A stretch of 64,000 nt of DNA, from the NCBI GenBank assembly GCA_038998585.1, contig JAVZGQ010000003.1, positions 10,196 through 74,195 on the forward strand, given 5' to 3'. Each line of letters begins with the position of its first letter. Position 1 is the first letter of the stretch. The notes beneath the pieces are model-generated. The model searched no databases. It was not told where the DNA came from and worked only from the letters and a program-made list of their open reading frames with translations. Source of the DNA: Candidatus Aenigmatarchaeota archaeon (GTDB taxonomy: Archaea; Aenigmatarchaeota; Aenigmatarchaeia; CG10238-14; SCSR01). Position numbers and translations under genes: made by a program. Of the stretch, positions 9,740 through 19,063 are shown one piece after another.

Positions 9740-12700
9740 GTGATAACAAAAATTGAGCTTAAGAATTGGCGTTCTCATTTTGATTCAAAGTTAGAATTTT
9801 CTCCGGGTACAAACATTTTATTGGGTCCCATAGGATCGGGTAAATCTCTTCCTTATAGCGAAACAATTTTAATTAAAGATTCTGTTTGGAGAAAAAGACT
9901 TATTGGGGAAGTCGTTGAGGTTGCTTTAAAAAAAGCTAGAAATGTTATAGTCAAAGGAGATAGCATCTACACAACTGAAAATGCGGAGAATTTATTCGTC
10001 CAATGTTTTAATCCTGAAACATTTAAACTAGAAACTAGAAAAGTCAAAGCTTTTATTAAACATAAATCTCCTAAAAAACTAATTCAGATTAAAACAAGAA
10101 GTGGTAGAAGGATAACGATAACTAAAGATCATTCTATTCTAATTGTAACCGAAAAAGGTATTTTGCCTGAGAAGGGAGAAAACATAAAACCCGGGGTTTT
10201 TATACCGAGTGTCAGATCACTAATCTTCGGCACTGTTGAAGAAAAAATCGATTTTCAATCCATCTTACCAGATTTTAGGTATAAAGCACTAATGGGCTTG
10301 AGATTTTTTGATGACAGCCTCCCATTTTCAAATGCTACAAAACCAACAATCAAACTTTTTGAATTTACTGATATTAGAGGAGTGCGATCAGATTGGAAAA
10401 CTTTACCTGTATTTTTTTATAAATTGTTTGAAAATGATTCTGATAACAAATGTTTTTCAAATTGGGTATTTAATATTAGTGATGAAAATCTTGAGAAGAT
10501 GATTTCAACATATTTTGAAATATACGGACGGGTAACTAAAGATGGTAAGGTTGTGTATTCTTCCCAAAATCTTAAATTTATAGACGCGCTCATGACTTTG
10601 CTATGTAGGTGGAAAATTATAACAACAATAAGAGAAAAGAAAATTAAAGGTAAAAATTATTATGAATTGGTAGTTATTCCTAAACACGTGCCTATTTTTG
10701 CTTCCCACATGAATTTCCTAAGTAATGATAAACAAAATAGACTAAATGAAATTGTTAAGATTACAAATAATCAAAGAAAATGGGATGGTATAGATATAAT
10801 CCCAAACTTCTTCATAAGGAAACTCTTACATTCTTTAATTTTAGAGTATCGTTCAAATACAAAAAAAGATCAAGGGGCACGTGAGTTATTTAAACATTTT
10901 TACAGTTGTATGAAAAATGAAAATATAGGAAGGGAAAAACTAAAAAGAATTTTGTCGTTTATACTTGAAAAGTATAAATTTAAAACCAAAAATTTTGAAA
11001 GACTAGAGAAAATAGTTGATAGTGATGTATTCTTTGATAAGGTGATTGAGATAAAAGAAATTCCGGCTGAAAGTGAGTGGGTATACGACATTTCTGTAGA
11101 AGGACTTGAGAATTTCGTTGCTGGTACAGGAAATCTAATTGTCCATAACAGCTCTATCCTAGATGCAATTTGTTTTACTCTTTTTGGGACTTTTCCGAAT
11201 CTTCAAGCCAAGAAGATAAAGCTTGACGATGTGATAATGAATAAGCCTGTTGAAAAGACAAAAGCAGAAGTTGAGCTCCATATTCAGTCGAATGGAAAGG
11301 ACTATTCTGTTAGAAGAGTTATAGAAAGAGGAAAAGGCACAACTTACTCTGAGATAAGAGAAGATGGCAAACTTCTTGAATCACCGAATGCACAAAGAGT
11401 CACCGAAAAGATTGAAGAAATTTTGAAGGTTGATTATGAACTTTTCAGTAAAGCAATTTATTCAGAGCAAAACGCTTTAGACTACTTCTTGACTATAGCA
11501 AAAGGGCAGAGAATGAAGAAGATAGACGAACTATTGGGAATAGACAAATTTGAGAAAGCTAGAGCATCTTCTGTAACTTTAAAGAATAGGGTCGCTGATA
11601 TAAAGCTTGGGATTGAAAGTAGTTTGGGACAAATAGATGAAGAAGAATTGAAGAAAAATTTGCTTGAGCTCAAAGATATAATTTCAAAACTTCTTTTAGA
11701 AAGAGAACAATTGGAGAAAAATCTCGAGAAAATGGAAAGTGAAAGGAAAAGAATTGAGCAGGAATTACTCGAACTCAAGAAGATTAGAGACGGAATAGAA
11801 ATTTTGAGAAGGGAAGAGAGAGGGAAGGAAAGTGCTCTGGAAGAGACTTTTGCTGCTATAAAGTCTATAGAAGAGGCTACAAGAGGGTTTTCTAAGGAAG
11901 AGGTGGAAAGAGAGATAAGAGAATTTGAAGATTTTTTAAACAAAAAAGAGGTTGAGCTAAAACAAAAGAAGAATTGTTATGAGAAGATTTTATCTGAAAT
12001 TTCTCAGGCGAATGGTAAGATTAAATTCCTGAGTGAAGAAAAAATTTCTAGGCTAAAACCAGTCTTAGAAGAAAAAATTGAAATCAAGAGAGAGCTCGAC
12101 CGTCTCTTAAGCATAACAGGAGAAAACATAGAAGAACAAATTGATAGAAGCAAGAATAATTTAGAAAAGATAAATTATGATATTTCTTCGACGAGTACTC
12201 TAATAAGTGATATGAATTCTTTCATCCAGCACCTGTCTTCTTCAGAAAGCAAGTGCCCTGTTTGCGATTCAGTGTTAACACAAGAAAAGAAAGTTCTATT
12301 GATTAAGCAAAAACAAGACCAGTTGAAGAAATTGCAAGACAAATTAGCAAATTTGCTCATAGATAAGCAGAGTGCAAGCGATAGTTTGATAAAGCTTGAG
12401 AACGCTGCCAAAAAAATAGGGGAGATGTACATTCAGGTTAAAGATTTGCAGGATGTGCAAAAGGAGTTTGAAGATTCTAAAAAAGTTTGGGTTGAATTGA
12501 ATGATTTTGTAAAAAAGGCAAAGATGGAATTAGAGGTGATTAAGAAAGAAATCGATTGTATTGAAAATGAAATTAAAGAAAGTGAGATTAAAAAGAGGAA
12601 ATACGAAATCTTGCTAATTCAGCTTCAAGATTTGGAGGATAGAAAAAAGAGAATTGAAGAATTGAAAAAAGAAATTGAAAAAATCAAGAAAAAAATTATA

Positions 12701-13414
12701 GAAGAGGAGGCTAAACTTGAAGGAAAAGATTTAAATACTATGGAAAAGGATCTTAGGTCAATGATAAGCAAGGAGAGTGAGGTTAGAGCAAGATTAGGAT
12801 CTTACGATTCTTTAATTCAAGAAAAGAAAACTAGAGAAAAAGAGCAAGAAGAAAAATTGAAAGAATTTGAAAAACAAAAGAAAGAAATTCAAAGACTTGA
12901 CAGGTTAGTAAAAGATTTGGAAGTTTTCAACTTGGCATTGGAAGAAACACAGGTTGAGCTCAGGAACAATTTTGTTGAAGGAGTTAATTCAACTATGGGC
13001 AAGCTTTGGAGCACACTTTATCCTTACCGCGATTTTATTTCATTGAGGCTGAACACTGAAGAAGGGGATTATATATTACAATTACAAGGAAGAGATGGAA
13101 ATTGGATTAATGTGGAAGGAAATGTTTCTGGCGGAGAAAGAAGCATAGCTTGTTTAGCCTTGAGGGTTGCCCTGGCCCTAGCTTTAGCACCTCAGCTAAG
13201 AATTCTTGTTCTGGATGAACCAACTGCAAATCTTGATGCCAAAGCTATAACAGAGCTTTCAATAACTTTAAGAGAAAGAATAAATGATTTCATAGACCAA
13301 ACCTTCCTTATAACTCATCAACCAGAACTTGAAGATGCTGCAACAGGCTCAATCTACAGGCTGGAAAGAAATAAAGATGAAAACGAACCAACCAAAGTTA
13401 TAAGAATTGACTAA
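9740..13414 (+). CDS. rad50: Rad50 ATPase, interrupted by a P-loop intein
   Basis: The Walker A motif GPIGSGK/SSILDA is split by the intein. Also present: long coiled coils, the zinc hook CPVC, the signature VSGGE, Walker B LVLDEP and the H-loop ITHQ. The start codon is GTG. Confidence 0.92.
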   Translation: MITKIELKNWRSHFDSKLEFSPGTNILLGPIGSGKSLPYSETILIKDSVWRKRLIGEVVEVALKKARNVIVKGDSIYTTENAENLFVQCFNPETFKLETRKVKAFIKHKSPKKLIQIKTRSGRRITITKDHSILIVTEKGILPEKGENIKPGVFIPSVRSLIFGTVEEKIDFQSILPDFRYKALMGLRFFDDSLPFSNATKPTIKLFEFTDIRGVRSDWKTLPVFFYKLFENDSDNKCFSNWVFNISDENLEKMISTYFEIYGRVTKDGKVVYSSQNLKFIDALMTLLCRWKIITTIREKKIKGKNYYELVVIPKHVPIFASHMNFLSNDKQNRLNEIVKITNNQRKWDGIDIIPNFFIRKLLHSLILEYRSNTKKDQGARELFKHFYSCMKNENIGREKLKRILSFILEKYKFKTKNFERLEKIVDSDVFFDKVIEIKEIPAESEWVYDISVEGLENFVAGTGNLIVHNSSILDAICFTLFGTFPNLQAKKIKLDDVIMNKPVEKTKAEVELHIQSNGKDYSVRRVIERGKGTTYSEIREDGKLLESPNAQRVTEKIEEILKVDYELFSKAIYSEQNALDYFLTIAKGQRMKKIDELLGIDKFEKARASSVTLKNRVADIKLGIESSLGQIDEEELKKNLLELKDIISKLLLEREQLEKNLEKMESERKRIEQELLELKKIRDGIEILRREERGKESALEETFAAIKSIEEATRGFSKEEVEREIREFEDFLNKKEVELKQKKNCYEKILSEISQANGKIKFLSEEKISRLKPVLEEKIEIKRELDRLLSITGENIEEQIDRSKNNLEKINYDISSTSTLISDMNSFIQHLSSSESKCPVCDSVLTQEKKVLLIKQKQDQLKKLQDKLANLLIDKQSASDSLIKLENAAKKIGEMYIQVKDLQDVQKEFEDSKKVWVELNDFVKKAKMELEVIKKEIDCIENEIKESEIKKRKYEILLIQLQDLEDRKKRIEELKKEIEKIKKKIIEEEAKLEGKDLNTMEKDLRSMISKESEVRARLGSYDSLIQEKKTREKEQEEKLKEFEKQKKEIQRLDRLVKDLEVFNLALEETQVELRNNFVEGVNSTMGKLWSTLYPYRDFISLRLNTEEGDYILQLQGRDGNWINVEGNVSGGERSIACLALRVALALALAPQLRILVLDEPTANLDAKAITELSITLRERINDFIDQTFLITHQPELEDAATGSIYRLERNKDENEPTKVIRID
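9845..11149 (+). mobile_element. Intein (435 aa, Ser1 ... His-Asn / Ser+1) with a degenerate LAGLIDADG-like homing-endonuclease region
   Basis: Block A is SLPYSETILI, block B is GRRITITKDHSILIV (TxxH) and blocks F/G are WVYDISVEGLENFVAGTGNLIVHN followed by S. The central region ISTYFEIYGRV...SSQNLKFIDALMTLLCRWKI resembles a dodecapeptide motif. Removing it restores GSGKSSILDA. Confidence 0.88.
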
Positions 13415-13437
13415 AATCATTTGAATAGTTTTTCGAT

Positions 13438-13463
13438 CTGATAAAGTACAATCCCTTTATCAG
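13438..13463. terminator. Perfect 9-bp stem hairpin in the convergent rad50/herA intergenic region
   Basis: The sequence CTGATAAAG-tacaatcc-CTTTATCAG is followed by TTT on the plus strand and lies between two convergent stop codons. Confidence 0.4.
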
Positions 13464-13510
13464 TTTCAATCTCAAAAGGAAGGTTTATACTGAACATTTA
13501 TTAAAATAAA

Positions 13511-15016
13511 TTACTTAAAAGCCCCCAAATCTTCAATTTTTTTATTTTCACTTTCGACAAAGGCTAAAATTTCTTCTTCTAAGCTTCTCCCCTTTTCAGA
13601 CTTTTTGCTTTTTCTTTCCCTTACCTTCAAAAGCAGGGGATAATTAACAGCTTCGCCTACAATCAAGGCTTCACCAACCTTTAAACCAGGGAGCATCTCC
13701 AGAACATCTTTTGTCACCCCTTCGGAACTTTCTCCTATGTGCTTTATATCGTAAGGATTGTTTATTCTCATTATGATATGGGTGTTGCACTGGCTTAGGG
13801 CTGTTGTAGCAAGTCTTATAGGCCTTTGAGTTATCAATACCAAGCAAGCCCCAAATTTCCTACCTTCTCTTGCTATTTGCTCTATAATATTTCTCGAAAT
13901 AGCCGATGCAGCCTCCTCCCCTTCGGGACAAAATTGATGGCTTTCTTCTACAAAAAGAATGAAAGGTGGAATTTTTCCTTGTCTTCTCAAATCAAAAAGT
14001 TTTCTTGCAAAATAAGTTAATATGATTTGTCTTTCTTTCAGGTGAATGAAACTAGAAAGATCAAAAACTGTTAGTTGACCAAGTTTTGCAACTTCTTCTA
14101 AAGGGGGCGAATCTATTTTATTAAAAAAACCAGTTGAAGCTAGATCAAGGAGCCAAGAACTCAAAGCAGCTTTTGTTTTTAGGTTTATACTACTTTTTTC
14201 AACCTCTTCAATTAGTTCATCAAAATCATAAATCTTTTTTTCTTCTTGCAATTTTTTGATTATTGGTGAGAGCTCCCTTCTTTGGGCATGAGACATTTGT
14301 GGTATGAACTCGTTCATAAGGCTTGATGAAATTTTGTTAGCAGCGATGGAAATTTTATCCTTCCCATAAACTTTTGTTTTGATACCATAATTTATATCAT
14401 CGGCAAATCCTATGTACTCACCATGTGGGTCGAAAACTATTATTGCAGGCTTTGCTTTGTCTTTTCTATCTAATATTTCCTCTATAAAAACACTGGCAAG
14501 ATAGCTTTTACCGGAACCACTGATCGCAAGAATCGCCAAATGTTTTTGGAAAAGCTTGGTTAAATTTAATTTCACTTCCAAGTTGTGGGCCTCCATTTTA
14601 CCAACATTCAAACCATTTTCGTCTAGACCCAAAAACTCTGAGAGCAATTTTTCGTCAGCTTTGTAAACTTTTTCTCCAGGTGAAGGGGGAAATGAGACTC
14701 TTAGTTGCTTACTTCCTTCAAAAATACCCAATGAAATAGCAGAAGCCACGAGAAATTCCCACTTATTTGCAGGGAAAATTTCTTCCAACCCTTTTCCACT
14801 TCTTTCATATTCCCTCACAGATTCGGCTCTCATGAAATACCTGTTCATCCTAAATATCTCACCAACTCTAGCTATCAACAAACCTTGTTCTGTATTGAGC
14901 TGAACATACTCATTCTTCTTCACAGGTATTTTTTCTTTGTCTTCGTTTATAACAAAAGAGAATTCACTGCTATTTGGGTCTTGTAGTGTTGATATTACTA
15001 TACCAATTTCTTTCAT
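13511..15016 (-). CDS. herA: HerA-type hexameric DNA repair helicase/ATPase
   Basis: An N-terminal barrel region is followed by Walker A AISGSGKSYLASVFIEE, Walker B ILFVEESHQF and the FtsK/HerA-type C-terminal LVLITQRP. Confidence 0.85.
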   Translation of the reverse strand: MKEIGIVISTLQDPNSSEFSFVINEDKEKIPVKKNEYVQLNTEQGLLIARVGEIFRMNRYFMRAESVREYERSGKGLEEIFPANKWEFLVASAISLGIFEGSKQLRVSFPPSPGEKVYKADEKLLSEFLGLDENGLNVGKMEAHNLEVKLNLTKLFQKHLAILAISGSGKSYLASVFIEEILDRKDKAKPAIIVFDPHGEYIGFADDINYGIKTKVYGKDKISIAANKISSSLMNEFIPQMSHAQRRELSPIIKKLQEEKKIYDFDELIEEVEKSSINLKTKAALSSWLLDLASTGFFNKIDSPPLEEVAKLGQLTVFDLSSFIHLKERQIILTYFARKLFDLRRQGKIPPFILFVEESHQFCPEGEEAASAISRNIIEQIAREGRKFGACLVLITQRPIRLATTALSQCNTHIIMRINNPYDIKHIGESSEGVTKDVLEMLPGLKVGEALIVGEAVNYPLLLKVRERKSKKSEKGRSLEEEILAFVESENKKIEDLGAFK

Positions 15017-15134
15017 AGATTTAAAATTGTTCCTTTAGAATATAAAAACTTAGAACTCACAAAGTGAATAAACCATTTTTTATTCCCTATTATGGCAATT
15101 TTCCAAAATATTTTCTGAGGATTTCTTTCCAAAA

Positions 15135-15544
15135 TTAGGTTATGTTTTCTGCAAGTTTCAAATACATTAAAACCATTTGCTTAGGCAAATAAACTATTTT
15201 TGAATTGGGGATTTCAGCAGCTATTTTTTCACAAACTTCTTTTAATCGTTTGTCTACTTTCTTTTGCCAATATAATGAACATCTGGCTTGACCATCACTC
15301 CAATTTGGTGCTTTTCTTTCATTCTTTTTGCATGTTCTTCTAAATTGAACTTAATCCCAACCAAAATGAAAGGAGGTTTAACTATTTTTCAAACAATGGA
15401 GCTTTGGGTAGGCATTTGCTTTTTATCATAATCTGGACAGCCGCAATGATGGTTTGGGTAGGGCAACTTACACCAGCTTCTACTCCTATAATCTACAACA
15501 ACTTCTCTCAATTTTAAAACTAGTATATTTTTTTCTCCCCCCAT
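15135..15544 (-). pseudogene. Decayed Cys/His-rich conserved hypothetical gene (multiple frame disruptions)
   Basis: Coherent peptide segments lie in three frames. They are MGGEKNILVLKLREVVVDYRSRSWCKLPYPNHHCGCPDYDKKQ, then CLPKAPLFEK, then (after a stop) KIVKPPFILVGIKFNLEEHAKRMKEKH, then PNWSDGQARCSLYWQKKVDKRLKEVCEKIAAEIPNSKIVYLPKQMVLMYLKLAENIT. Confidence 0.6.
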
Positions 15545-15554
15545 AGATAAAAAT

Positions 15555-16307
15555 ATGGCAATAAAGTTTATAACCAATCGACCAGCAGCTTTCATACAAG
15601 AAGAAAAAGCCTTAGTTGTATCAGAGCTTCATTTAGGCTTAGAGCACGAGCTCTTCAAGAAAGGAATCACCATTCTACCACAAAGGGAAAAATTCCAACA
15701 AGATTTAGAAAGACTTTCAAAAATTACGAAAGCAAAAACACTCATCATTATCGGCGACATAAAACACAAAGTTCCTGGCATGAGTATAAGAGAAGAAAAA
15801 GAGCTTCCTAAATTTTTTGACTGGCTGAAAGAAAAATTCAAGGTTATTCTTGTCAAAGGAAATCATGACGCTGAAATTGATCAAATAGTACCAAAAGGGA
15901 TTAAAGTCTATGGAAGCAGAGGATTAAAACTCGGTAAGTACGGCTTCTTTCACGGCCATGCTTGGCCTTCCAAAAGGCTTTTGAAATGCGACTATATTTT
16001 CTTGGCTCACTTGCATCCTACCATAGAGTTCAAAGATAAGTTTGGCTTTAGAAATATAGAGCAAGTTTGGGTTAAAGGAAAAATTGATTTAAAGAAAGTG
16101 AGAAAAAAATACAAGCTGAAAAAAACTGGCGAGTTAAATGTTATAATCATGCCAACTTTCAACCAAATGCTCGGGAGTATGAACATTAGCAAGCTAGTAG
16201 AAAGTGAAGAATCAGGAATAATAAGTAAGCTAATGAATTTAGAAAATTCTAAGATTTATCTTTTAGATGGGACTTTTCTTGGTCGCTTGAAAAACTTGAA
16301 GTCTTAA
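15555..16307 (+). CDS. Metallophosphoesterase, PdeM/COG1407-like
   Basis: Contains SELHLGLEHELFKKGITILPQ, IIIGDIKHKV, VKGNHD and FHGH, the calcineurin-like metallophosphoesterase motif order seen in DNA-damage-associated PdeM-type enzymes. Confidence 0.65.
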   Translation: MAIKFITNRPAAFIQEEKALVVSELHLGLEHELFKKGITILPQREKFQQDLERLSKITKAKTLIIIGDIKHKVPGMSIREEKELPKFFDWLKEKFKVILVKGNHDAEIDQIVPKGIKVYGSRGLKLGKYGFFHGHAWPSKRLLKCDYIFLAHLHPTIEFKDKFGFRNIEQVWVKGKIDLKKVRKKYKLKKTGELNVIIMPTFNQMLGSMNISKLVESEESGIISKLMNLENSKIYLLDGTFLGRLKNLKS

Positions 16308-17200
16308 CCTTTTCTTCTGGTTTCAGCTTCTACTCTTTCCCTTATCCTTTCTTGTATAGCTTGTGTGATGTTGCTGAAGTCTTCACCAAACCTTTCTCTC
16401 CATTCCGTCCTATTTCTTAAATGCCACTTTGCCCCACAAGTGCAAATACCATTCAAACAAACTTCTGTATCATTCCCCAAAACCATTGGACAAATCAAGC
16501 TCCTGCATTCGGAATCGTCAGTACAATTCATTCTTGTTCTATTCCAAATCGGCAAACACATGCAAATTCCTGTTGTTCCATTCTCTGGGATGAAGCATCT
16601 AAGTTCCTTACCCAATTTCAAATGACACCAAACATTCAAGCCCTTGCAATCTTCATCACTAGAACAACTTATTGTCCCCAAACCCTCATTTACCCTGTTT
16701 ATAAGCTCTTCTACTCTTTCCAAACATCTCTCATGCCCTTTGATAGAAGCGTTTATTGCCTTTTCTAAGCCTGGTTTTGCGACTTCCGGTGCTTTTGACA
16801 AAACTCTTTCAATTACTGCTGTATGCTTGTAAGTCATATTGCAAACATGCTCAAGTAAAGTGGTGGCATTCTTTCCAAGCCCAAATGTTCTGCCGGTTTC
16901 ATCATCAGCCTTTCCCAGTTCTCTTTCATACTCATATCTTAATCTCTCAACATATTGCCACTTACCCTGTGTTATGATAGCATTAAGCTCTGCTAGTCTT
17001 TGTTCAGCAAGGAAAGTATGAAATCTAGCTCTGGCCTCCGGATCAAAAGTCAGCCAAAGCCTTGCTCTTTCAAGAAAAGTCTTTACTGGGTAGAATGGAT
17101 GGTCTGGTAGAATTCCTGGTTTTGGTAACTCTTCTGCTTCTACTATACTAGCTATTAAAACAGCTGAAATCGCAATTGCGATTAAAGCTCTATTCTTCAA
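16304..17200 (-). CDS. Secreted protein: signal peptide, DUF5667-like helical region, two six-cysteine modules
   Basis: The signal peptide is MKNRALIAIAISAVLIASIVEA. LPDHPFYPVKTFLERARLWLTFDPEARA resembles DUF5667. The C-terminal modules are CSSDEDCKGLNVWCH...CFIPENGTTGICMC and CTDDSECRSLICP...CLNGICTC. Confidence 0.6.
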   Translation of the reverse strand: MKNRALIAIAISAVLIASIVEAEELPKPGILPDHPFYPVKTFLERARLWLTFDPEARARFHTFLAEQRLAELNAIITQGKWQYVERLRYEYERELGKADDETGRTFGLGKNATTLLEHVCNMTYKHTAVIERVLSKAPEVAKPGLEKAINASIKGHERCLERVEELINRVNEGLGTISCSSDEDCKGLNVWCHLKLGKELRCFIPENGTTGICMCLPIWNRTRMNCTDDSECRSLICPMVLGNDTEVCLNGICTCGAKWHLRNRTEWRERFGEDFSNITQAIQERIRERVEAETRRKG

Positions 17201-17229
17201 AAAACCACCTTTTTATATATTTTTTGAGT

Positions 17230-18945
17230 TTAAAAACTTAAAAGTTCTTTTTCATCCCCACCCAATCTTTCCCAAACTTCTTTCAAAATCTTCATATCAT
17301 CCTCGCTTATAACCGAAACCAAAACATCGCCTTCATTTATGTGTCTTCCAATAATAGGCTCTTCCATGCTAACAGCAACCTTATCACCTTTCTTAGCTTC
17401 TGATATGGTTTGTCCTTCTCTCTGAATCTCCTTTATCTTCCCGACAATCTTTCCATCTTTCTTCTTCATCAAAGCCCCAGGCTTAAGCAAGCCTTTCTTG
17501 ACTTCAACTCCAAAAATAGCAGGGTTACTTGACCTGAAAACACAGCCTTTCAATATCAAAATTTCACACGGTCTTGCTACTTTGGAAAGCTTTTCTTCGA
17601 TTTCCCTCTCTTTAGCCTTTAAGACCCATTCTTTATAATCTTCTATTAGCTTATAGATTATATTATTTCGAAAAATCTCTATCTTCAAGTCTCTTGCTAA
17701 GTTTTTGGCTTCTTCCAAAGCTTCAACATTAAAAGCTAGTATAACTTTTCTCAGTTTATCATTAACACTTTCAGCTTCTATAACATCCTGTTTTGTCACA
17801 TGACCAACTTCAGCTTTCCTTATCGGTATTCCCTCTCCCTCCAAAAGCTTGATCATGGCTTCCAAGCTCCCAAGAGTATCAGATTTTATAACCACACCAT
17901 CTATTTTCTTCAAGAACTGAATCTCTTCAACTTCAGTTTGTAAACTTTTTTTCACTTCTTCTATTTCTTTTTCATTTCTCACTGCAACTATCGGCGAGCC
18001 GGCTATCACTTTCTCCAGGTCATGGGCGGCAATTTTAATTCCAGCCGCAGCGCTTACTTCTTCTACACTCTCAAACTGCTTTTCAACTCTAAGCTCTTGC
18101 AAGGGCCTAGGTCTGAGCAAAGCCCTTATTTTTGTAACCGTAGGCTCTTTCCCCCCTATCACAAGGTAGTCGCTTTTTGAAATTTTCCCGTCGTACAATA
18201 TTACATCAATTGTAGTGCCAAAACCAACAGTTTCTTTAACTTCTAGTACGGTACCTCTAGCAATTTCAGAGAGTTTGAGTCTATTTTTCAAAAATTGTTG
18301 TGCTAGGCCTGCTAAAACAACCAAAAGTTCAGGTATACCTTCCCCTGTTATTCCAGAACAAGGAACTATTGCAACTTGTTTTCTGAAATCTTCTATTCTG
18401 TCAAATCTTTCAGAGTTGAATCTCCTTTCAGCTAGCTGTGAAACCAGCTTGTAAACATTTTTCTCAAGTTCGTCTTTCACTCCCTCTGCTTGTAACTTAA
18501 AACTTTCCAAAAAACAAGAATTTGGATATGGGTACCAGCTAGGAATTTTATCTATTTTTGTAGCGGCGACAACAAAAGGAGTTTTGAATTCTTTCAAAAC
18601 AGCTAAGCTTTCATCTGTTTGTTCTTGAAATCCTTCTGTTATGTCAACAACTAAAATGGCAAGATCGGAAACAGCCCCTCCCCTTTTCCTTAAGGTTACA
18701 AAGGCGGCATGGCCCGGAGTATCGAGCAAAAGCAAGCCTGGGATACTAAGTTCTATTTTTAATTTTTCAATTAGACTTCCACATGTCCTTTTTATTGTTT
18801 CTGCAGGGATGTAGCTTGCTCCCACATGCTGACTCATCATACCTGGCTCAAGCCTGGTAACAGCAGTGCCCCTAATTTTGTCAAGTAAAGTTGTTTTTCC
18901 ATGGTCTATATGCCCAACAGTCACTACTATAGGCGATCTTATCAT
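17230..18945 (-). CDS. infB: Translation initiation factor aIF5B (IF-2 type GTPase)
   Basis: Contains IRSPIVVTVGHIDHGKTTLLDKIRGT, DTPGH and ATKIDK GTPase motifs, with domain architecture to the C-terminus. Confidence 0.93.
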   Translation of the reverse strand: MIRSPIVVTVGHIDHGKTTLLDKIRGTAVTRLEPGMMSQHVGASYIPAETIKRTCGSLIEKLKIELSIPGLLLLDTPGHAAFVTLRKRGGAVSDLAILVVDITEGFQEQTDESLAVLKEFKTPFVVAATKIDKIPSWYPYPNSCFLESFKLQAEGVKDELEKNVYKLVSQLAERRFNSERFDRIEDFRKQVAIVPCSGITGEGIPELLVVLAGLAQQFLKNRLKLSEIARGTVLEVKETVGFGTTIDVILYDGKISKSDYLVIGGKEPTVTKIRALLRPRPLQELRVEKQFESVEEVSAAAGIKIAAHDLEKVIAGSPIVAVRNEKEIEEVKKSLQTEVEEIQFLKKIDGVVIKSDTLGSLEAMIKLLEGEGIPIRKAEVGHVTKQDVIEAESVNDKLRKVILAFNVEALEEAKNLARDLKIEIFRNNIIYKLIEDYKEWVLKAKEREIEEKLSKVARPCEILILKGCVFRSSNPAIFGVEVKKGLLKPGALMKKKDGKIVGKIKEIQREGQTISEAKKGDKVAVSMEEPIIGRHINEGDVLVSVISEDDMKILKEVWERLGGDEKELLSF

Positions 18946-19063
18946 TTAATTCACCTTAATCATTTTTAAATAGACATATTCTTATTAAATTTAGTTGATT
19001 GGGATTTAGTGTTTTTTGATTGTGGTTTAAAGTTAAAATTTAATAGAGGATATATAATTAAAA

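Noticed and set aside
15389-15400. An in-frame TGA inside the decayed gene, considered as possible stop-codon reassignment (UGA as a sense codon)
   Set aside because: TGA cleanly terminates many well-supported genes in this window, including the platform genes, the 1619-2119 pilin, mre11, alaS, rrp4 and rrp42. The same locus also has several frameshifts, so decay is the simpler explanation.
16365-17021. A cluster of five overlapping plus-strand ORFs (60-115 aa)
   Set aside because: All are antisense to the secreted Cys-rich gene. They are explained by that gene's lower AT content, which yields fewer random stops. None has recognisable motifs.
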